Source: Thermodesulfobacteriota bacterium
Lineage (GTDB): Bacteria; Desulfobacterota_D; UBA1144; Nemesobacterales; N074bin48
Length of the DNA: 44,643 nt
Direction: 5' to 3'
NCBI GenBank assembly: GCA_041572575.1
Contig: JBFFSH010000014.1
Location: forward strand, 1 to 44,643
Shown: positions 40,022 to 44,643 of the stretch, one piece after another
Layout of the letters: every line of letters begins with the position of its first letter
How positions within the stretch are numbered: position 1 is the stretch's first letter
The notes under the pieces: generated by a model
What the model saw: the letters and a program-made list of their open reading frames with translations, nothing else
Told to the model about the DNA's origin: nothing
Databases searched by the model: none
Made by a program: the position numbers and the translations under genes

Positions 40022-40582
40022 TTAAAATTGTACCTTGGGCACTTCTTTTTCGGCAAGATCATCAATTTCAAAATATTCTCCTTGTGAAAATCCAAACATT
40101 CCTGCAATAATATTTGTGGGAAACATTTCTACTTTATTATTTAAATTAAGTACCTCATCATTATAAGCCTGTCTGGAAAAACTAACCCTGTTTTCAGTTG
40201 TCGTGATCTCTTCCTGAAGGTTAAGAAAATTCTCATTGGCCTTTAGGTCAGGATATGCTTCACTGACTGCAAAGAGAGATTTTAGGGTTTGTGTAAGAAA
40301 ATTTTCAATCTTTGCCCTTTCTGCAACACTCGCACCCGATAAATCGATTGCCTGCTGTCTGGCTTTTGTTACTGCTTCTAGAGTTTCTCTTTCATGCTTA
40401 ACATAACCCTTTACTGTCTCTACCAGGTTTGGTATCAGGTCATGCCTCCGCTTTAGCTGTACATCTATCTGTGACCATGCATTCTTTACACTGTTTTTTG
40501 CATTTACAAGCCCGTTGTACATTGATGCCAATACAACCACTACTACTGCTGCTATTCCAAGTAAAATTAATAAACTGCTCAT
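40022..40582 (-). CDS. lemA: LemA family protein
   Basis: YN-LV, AWSQIDVQLKRRHDLIPNLVETVKGY, EAYPDLKA, FP-N-IA. Confidence 0.93.
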   Translation of the reverse strand: MSSLLILLGIAAVVVVVLASMYNGLVNAKNSVKNAWSQIDVQLKRRHDLIPNLVETVKGYVKHERETLEAVTKARQQAIDLSGASVAERAKIENFLTQTLKSLFAVSEAYPDLKANENFLNLQEEITTTENRVSFSRQAYNDEVLNLNNKVEMFPTNIIAGMFGFSQGEYFEIDDLAEKEVPKVQF

Positions 40583-40643
40583 GTTAACCTCCTAACGTTT
40601 AATATAATCATTTTTTGGTAATTTCAAGTTAAGTTATTTTCTT

Positions 40644-41039
40644 TCAGCCCTGTACTAGAAATTCTCCTAAAAAATTAATCATTTCTTTATTTCCTAAACC
40701 AGATATTTCTCTGTTCTGATTAACAATTCTGCTAAGCTCTCCACCATCAAACCACATACCTTGTCCCTGCGGACATTTATCTATAACTACATTAGTATTT
40801 TGTCCGAGTTTTATCTTATCCATTCTATTATCACATAGTGGACAGTCTCTAGGTTTTTCACTATATTCATTTAACTGTGTAGTTTGTAACTCTTTTATCA
40901 GATCAAGCCCTAGTGTTTCAGATAGAAGATTGAGCTCTCCTCTATCAAACCAGAATCCCTTACATGAAATACAGTAATCAAGCTCTATCTTGTGCCTTTC
41001 GACAACTATTAATTGTACTTTGCAAACTGGACATTTCAT
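40644..41039 (-). CDS. Tandem zf-TFIIB-type zinc-ribbon protein
   Basis: CPVC...DYC-SC-G-WFD-GEL and CPLC...DKCP---G-WFD-GEL. Confidence 0.8.
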   Translation of the reverse strand: MKCPVCKVQLIVVERHKIELDYCISCKGFWFDRGELNLLSETLGLDLIKELQTTQLNEYSEKPRDCPLCDNRMDKIKLGQNTNVVIDKCPQGQGMWFDGGELSRIVNQNREISGLGNKEMINFLGEFLVQG

Positions 41040-41158
41040 GAAATTATAATTTAATGTTCATTATTGAATTGCTATATATAATGTTGATATAATAATTGAT
41101 ATATAAAACAAAACCAACAGTTAAATTATTTATTTTAGAATGATTGGAGGAGTTCACA

Positions 41159-41659
41159 GTGCCCATTTATGAATTTTACTGCAAGAAATGCAACACCATG
41201 TATCAGTTTTTTTCGAGGACAATAAATACCGAAACGATCCCCAAATGTCCTTCATGCAAAAAACCAAAGCTTGAGAGAATGATGTCGGGGTTTGCCACTA
41301 TTTCAGAAAGCAGCGATGAATCAGAATCTTCTAATGATATACCTGATATAGACGATGCTACTGTGCAAAAAGCAATGTCTTTGATTGAAAAGAATTTATT
41401 AAATGTTGATGTTGATAACCCTGACCCACGGCAGACAACACAGCTTATGAAAGACTTATCGAGTATGTCAGGACTTGAGATGGGAGAAGGTATGCAAGAG
41501 GCCCTTAGTAGACTGGAAAAAGGTGAAGATCCTGAAAAGATAGAACAGGAAATGGGTAACATTTTAAAAGATGAAGATCAGTTTTTTAAAAAAACTTCAA
41601 GAGCAAAAAAAAGAAGTTCCAGACCAAGGAAAGATGAAACTCTATATGATTTGGAGTGA
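41159..41659 (+). CDS. FmdB-family zinc-ribbon protein with acidic helical C-terminal extension
   Basis: PIYEFYCKKC...CPSC...S-F; GTG start at 41159 after GGAGGA. Confidence 0.78.
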   Translation: MPIYEFYCKKCNTMYQFFSRTINTETIPKCPSCKKPKLERMMSGFATISESSDESESSNDIPDIDDATVQKAMSLIEKNLLNVDVDNPDPRQTTQLMKDLSSMSGLEMGEGMQEALSRLEKGEDPEKIEQEMGNILKDEDQFFKKTSRAKKRSSRPRKDETLYDLE

Positions 41660-41899
41660 TTTAACGCGTAGCTAATCAATAAACAGAATTTGTTTTATTC
41701 GCTTGCCAATAATTCTCAATGAAAAATACTTATTGATTAAATAGATAAACCCCTTCAATAACTTATTTCCGAAGTAGTAATAATTTATTCAATCCTTATT
41801 GTCAGATGTATGAATTCTAGACGAATATAATCTCTTCTGAAAGTCGAATTATTTATATATTTGCCAATGTTTACAATAGGTTATACAGATATCAATTAG

Positions 41900-41915
41900 T
41901 GGTATAAGGCTTGCA
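41900..41915 (+). promoter_or_regulatory. Putative sigma54 (-24/-12) promoter for the PAN-CVNH genes
   Basis: TGGTATAAGGCTTGCA: GG-N10-GC, close to the TGGCAC-N5-TTGCA consensus, about 70 nt upstream of ATG 41984. Confidence 0.6.
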
Positions 41916-41983
41916 CAACAGTTAATTATGAGACTTTGAGTTTATTTAGTTCAAACAATTTATTGAATAAACAGGGGGGACAA

Positions 41984-43534
41984 ATGTCTAAAATTAACCA
42001 ACCACTAAATGCAAAAGCTTTTTGCGTAAACATCTGCTATCTGTCTGTAATCTGTTTGCTCGTAATAGTATTTGGGAAAAGTGTGCAAGCGCATACTCAG
42101 CCTAACTCTGAGATTGAACCTGCGCACAGCCTGATAGTAGCAAAACTTCCCGAGGGCGCAGAGCCAAACACAAACAGGCCCGGGAAGGATTATAAAAACT
42201 TCGACCTTGAAGCGCCAAAACCGAAGCTTTGTATGGCGGCATGCGAAAAGGATCCAAAGTGCAGAGCATATACGTATGTCAAGCCCGGTGTGCAGGGTGA
42301 AAAGGCCCGCTGCTGGCTTAAGTCAGCCGTGCCCGAGCCAAAAAAGAATAAATGCTGTATTTCAGGGGTGAAAAAAACCAAAGAACCCAGTATAGAAAAA
42401 AGCACAGAAGTACATGATGCTATTCCTAAGGGCTCTTACCAGCAAACATGTAAAGGTATTAAGGTGTCCGGGACAACTTTAAGCGCTAAATGTAAAACAA
42501 AAAGTGGCTGGTTTAGACAAAAATCTACAATCGAGGAATTTGATCGATGCACAGGCGATATTAGTAACTTTGATGGTTACTTGACTTGTAACAAAAGCGG
42601 AGAATTACCTCCCGGCTCTTACTTAATGTCCTGCACTAATCCAAGCCTATCAGGCACAGGCTTGACCGCAATTTGTGATAACAAAAAAGGTCATACGATT
42701 ACATCAACTCTCGAGCAAGTTGATCATTGTACAGGAGATATAAGCAACAATGATGGTTACCTGACTTGTGAAAAATCAAATGCACCTGCTGGATCTTACC
42801 TCGAGTCTTGTGTGAATATAAACATATCCGGAACCACTTTATCTGCTTTCTGTACAACAAAAAAAAGTCGCTATGGATCTTATAGTTACAGAAAATCTAC
42901 TCTTGAGGAATTAGACCGCTGCATAGGTGATATAAGTAATTTGGAAGCTAAATTGACATGCCAGAAAAGTGGTAATGTGCCTTCCGGTTCATACATGAGA
43001 ACCTGCACAAATCCAAGCTTATCAGGCAATACACTTAGTGCTGTATGTGAATATGTCATGTCATCGTCAGGTGATAGACGAACGAAAGAAACGACTCTCG
43101 AACAAACTGACCTATGTGTTGGGGACATAAGCAACCACGATGGTTACCTGACCTGCGAAAAATCAAACGCGCCACCGGGTTCGTATCTTCAATCCTGCGT
43201 GAATATAAACGTATCCACAACCACTTTAACTGCTCGTTGCAGGAAAGAAACGTCATATGGACACACATGGCCCAAACCAACTCTTAGGGAGTTCGACCGC
43301 TGCACAGGTGACATAAGTAACTTTCATGGGATTTTGACATGCCAGAAAAGCGGCAATGTGCCTCAGGGCTCTTACCTTCAGTCCTGCATGCACCCCAGCT
43401 TATCCGGCACTACACTTACTGCTATATGTGAAACTACAAGTGATACTTCAAAATTTTCAACTCTCAATGATTTTGACCGCTGTACAGGCGATATTAGCAA
43501 CAACAACGGCAACCTGACCTGTCAAAAGAATTGA
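41984..43534 (+). CDS. Secreted PAN/apple domain + six cyanovirin-N-like (CVNH) repeats; putative multivalent lectin
   Basis: Signal-like N-terminus ending VQA; PAN (NRPG-DY...C---C-KDP-C-AYTY...CWLK); 6 x P-GSY--[ST]C-------L-A-C...[ST]L----C-GDISN--G-LTC; ATG 41984 after a GGGGGG SD. Confidence 0.75.
   Translation: MSKINQPLNAKAFCVNICYLSVICLLVIVFGKSVQAHTQPNSEIEPAHSLIVAKLPEGAEPNTNRPGKDYKNFDLEAPKPKLCMAACEKDPKCRAYTYVKPGVQGEKARCWLKSAVPEPKKNKCCISGVKKTKEPSIEKSTEVHDAIPKGSYQQTCKGIKVSGTTLSAKCKTKSGWFRQKSTIEEFDRCTGDISNFDGYLTCNKSGELPPGSYLMSCTNPSLSGTGLTAICDNKKGHTITSTLEQVDHCTGDISNNDGYLTCEKSNAPAGSYLESCVNINISGTTLSAFCTTKKSRYGSYSYRKSTLEELDRCIGDISNLEAKLTCQKSGNVPSGSYMRTCTNPSLSGNTLSAVCEYVMSSSGDRRTKETTLEQTDLCVGDISNHDGYLTCEKSNAPPGSYLQSCVNINVSTTTLTARCRKETSYGHTWPKPTLREFDRCTGDISNFHGILTCQKSGNVPQGSYLQSCMHPSLSGTTLTAICETTSDTSKFSTLNDFDRCTGDISNNNGNLTCQKN
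42422..43531 (+). repeat. Six tandem ~180-nt coding repeats (A/B alternating)
   Basis: Repeat starts at about 42422, 42605, 42782, 42977, 43169 and 43358. Confidence 0.9.
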
Positions 43535-43564
43535 CGGCTTTATAAAAGAGGGGGGAGAGACATC

Positions 43565-44503
43565 ATGATATTTGAATGGAAAAGACTGAAATTTACTTTT
43601 ATTACACTTCCATGTCTATTAATTGCGTTCTTAGCAATATGTGTCTTTTGTACAGAAGCAAACGCTCAGGGTAATTATGATGATGGACTCGCGTTTATAC
43701 TGGTACAGGCAAAACTGCCCAGGGGCGCGGAGCGAAATACAAACAGGCCCGGGAAGGATTATAAAAACTTCAACCTGGAAGAACCAAACCCTAAGCTTTG
43801 TATGGCAGCATGTGAGAAGGATGCAAAGTGCAGGGCATATACATATGTTAAGCCAGGGGTACAGGGGAAAAAGGCCCGCTGCTGGCTTAAGTCAGGCGTG
43901 CCTAAACCAAAGAAAAATAAATGCTGTATTTCCGGCGTTAAAACCATTCAAGAAACTGTTGTGGAAAAAAGTACGGAAGTGCCGGATGATAATATTCCAC
44001 CGGGCTCTTACCAACAAACGTGCACAGACATTAGTGTATCAGGAACGACTCTGACTGCATATTGCGCAAGAATAAGCGACACTGACATGATGTACAGGTC
44101 TGATCTTGCCGACATCAATCTCTGTCGAGGGGATATTAGCAACAATGATGGTAGATTGACCTGTAAAAAACCAACAAACATTCCACGGGGCTCCTACATG
44201 CAAACCTGTGAAAATATTAGTGTGTCCGAAACGACTCTGACTGCATATTGCGCAACAAAAAGTGACTCCCGTATGACACACAGGACTCAGCTTTCCGAAA
44301 TTGATCTCTGTCTCGGGGATATAAGCAACAATGACGGTTATCTGACCTGTGAAAAAACATACTATCCACCAGGCTCTTACCAGCAAACGTGTAGAGTCAT
44401 TAGTGTGTCCGGAACAACTCTGACTGCATATTGCGCAAAAAAAAGTGGTGATTGGGGTATGATCTATAGGACTCAGCTTTCCGAAATTGATCTCTGCCGT
44501 GGT
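43565..44503 (+). pseudogene. Second PAN + CVNH-repeat paralog, interrupted in repeat 3 by an IS
   Basis: Signal peptide (ANA), PAN 69/78 aa identical to gene 1, repeats at about 43994, 44180 and 44363; the third breaks at ...DLCRG| where DISN is expected; the ORF tail to 44575 is IS-derived. Confidence 0.85.
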
Positions 44504-44643
44504 TGTAGATGTCACGTAATTCGAGGACAGTTTTTTAGGAACTCTACTGGTGGTACTCCCCCCAGAGACTGGTGAGGTCTTTGGTGATTGTAATACACCA
44601 GGTACTCAAGCAGTTCCTGTTTTAATTCCTCTTCTGATTCAAA
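44504..44643 (-). mobile_element. IS481-like (IS3-related DDE) insertion sequence end, running off the window
   Basis: Abrupt junction starting TGTAGATGTCACGTAATTCGAGGACA (TGT terminus); the transposase stop lies inside this terminal sequence. Confidence 0.82.
44512..44643 (-). CDS. Transposase C-terminus (integrase core), partial
   Basis: Manual translation FESEEELKQELLEYLVYYNHQRPHQSLGGVPPVEFLKNCPRIT*; the YN-RPH-SL-G--P motif is typical of IS481/IS3 transposases. Confidence 0.85.
   Translation of the reverse strand, partial: FESEEELKQELLEYLVYYNHQRPHQSLGGVPPVEFLKNCPRIT

Noticed and set aside
42422..44503. Repeats as a CRISPR array or DGR template/variable region
   Set aside because: Units are ~180-nt in-frame coding repeats; no cas or reverse transcriptase in the window; differences include indels and are not adenine-restricted by eye
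44504..44575. C-terminal tail CRCHVIRGQFFRNSTGGTPPRDW of ORF 43565-44575
   Set aside because: Read-through into IS sequence, not a native domain

Overview
AT-rich bacterial chromosomal window from a diderm organism (TonB receptor, lipoproteins, futalosine menaquinone genes; taxon cannot be fixed from sequence alone). In order: the 5' part of mgtE (missing from the ORF track); a futalosine-pathway cluster (mqnP-ubiX-ubiD/mqnL-mqnE); a ParDE toxin-antitoxin pair with a clear promoter and operator; a nitroreductase; REC-PP2C plus PAS/GAF kinase; a DUF1800/DUF1501 pair; GATase, exported MsrB, TerC, RraA, DsbA/GST-kappa and purU; a GAF kinase; small orphan ORFs; a BvgS-like hybrid kinase split by one in-frame TAA; MscS; a solute-binding protein coupled to a HAMP-PP2C phosphatase; DUF2780-pmbA-tldD; a rhomboid; a cobalamin riboswitch heading a btuB/beta-propeller lipoprotein/2x btuF-like/btuD/btuC operon; an orphan type IV pilin; lemA and zinc-ribbon genes. 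The most unusual locus is at the right end: a putative sigma54 promoter upstream of two tandem secreted proteins, each a conserved PAN/apple domain followed by cyanovirin-N-like (CVNH) ~60-aa repeats with a fixed 4-Cys framework and one hypervariable loop. The second gene is interrupted mid-repeat by an IS481-like element running off the window. Family assignments come from motif recognition by eye; no searches were run.
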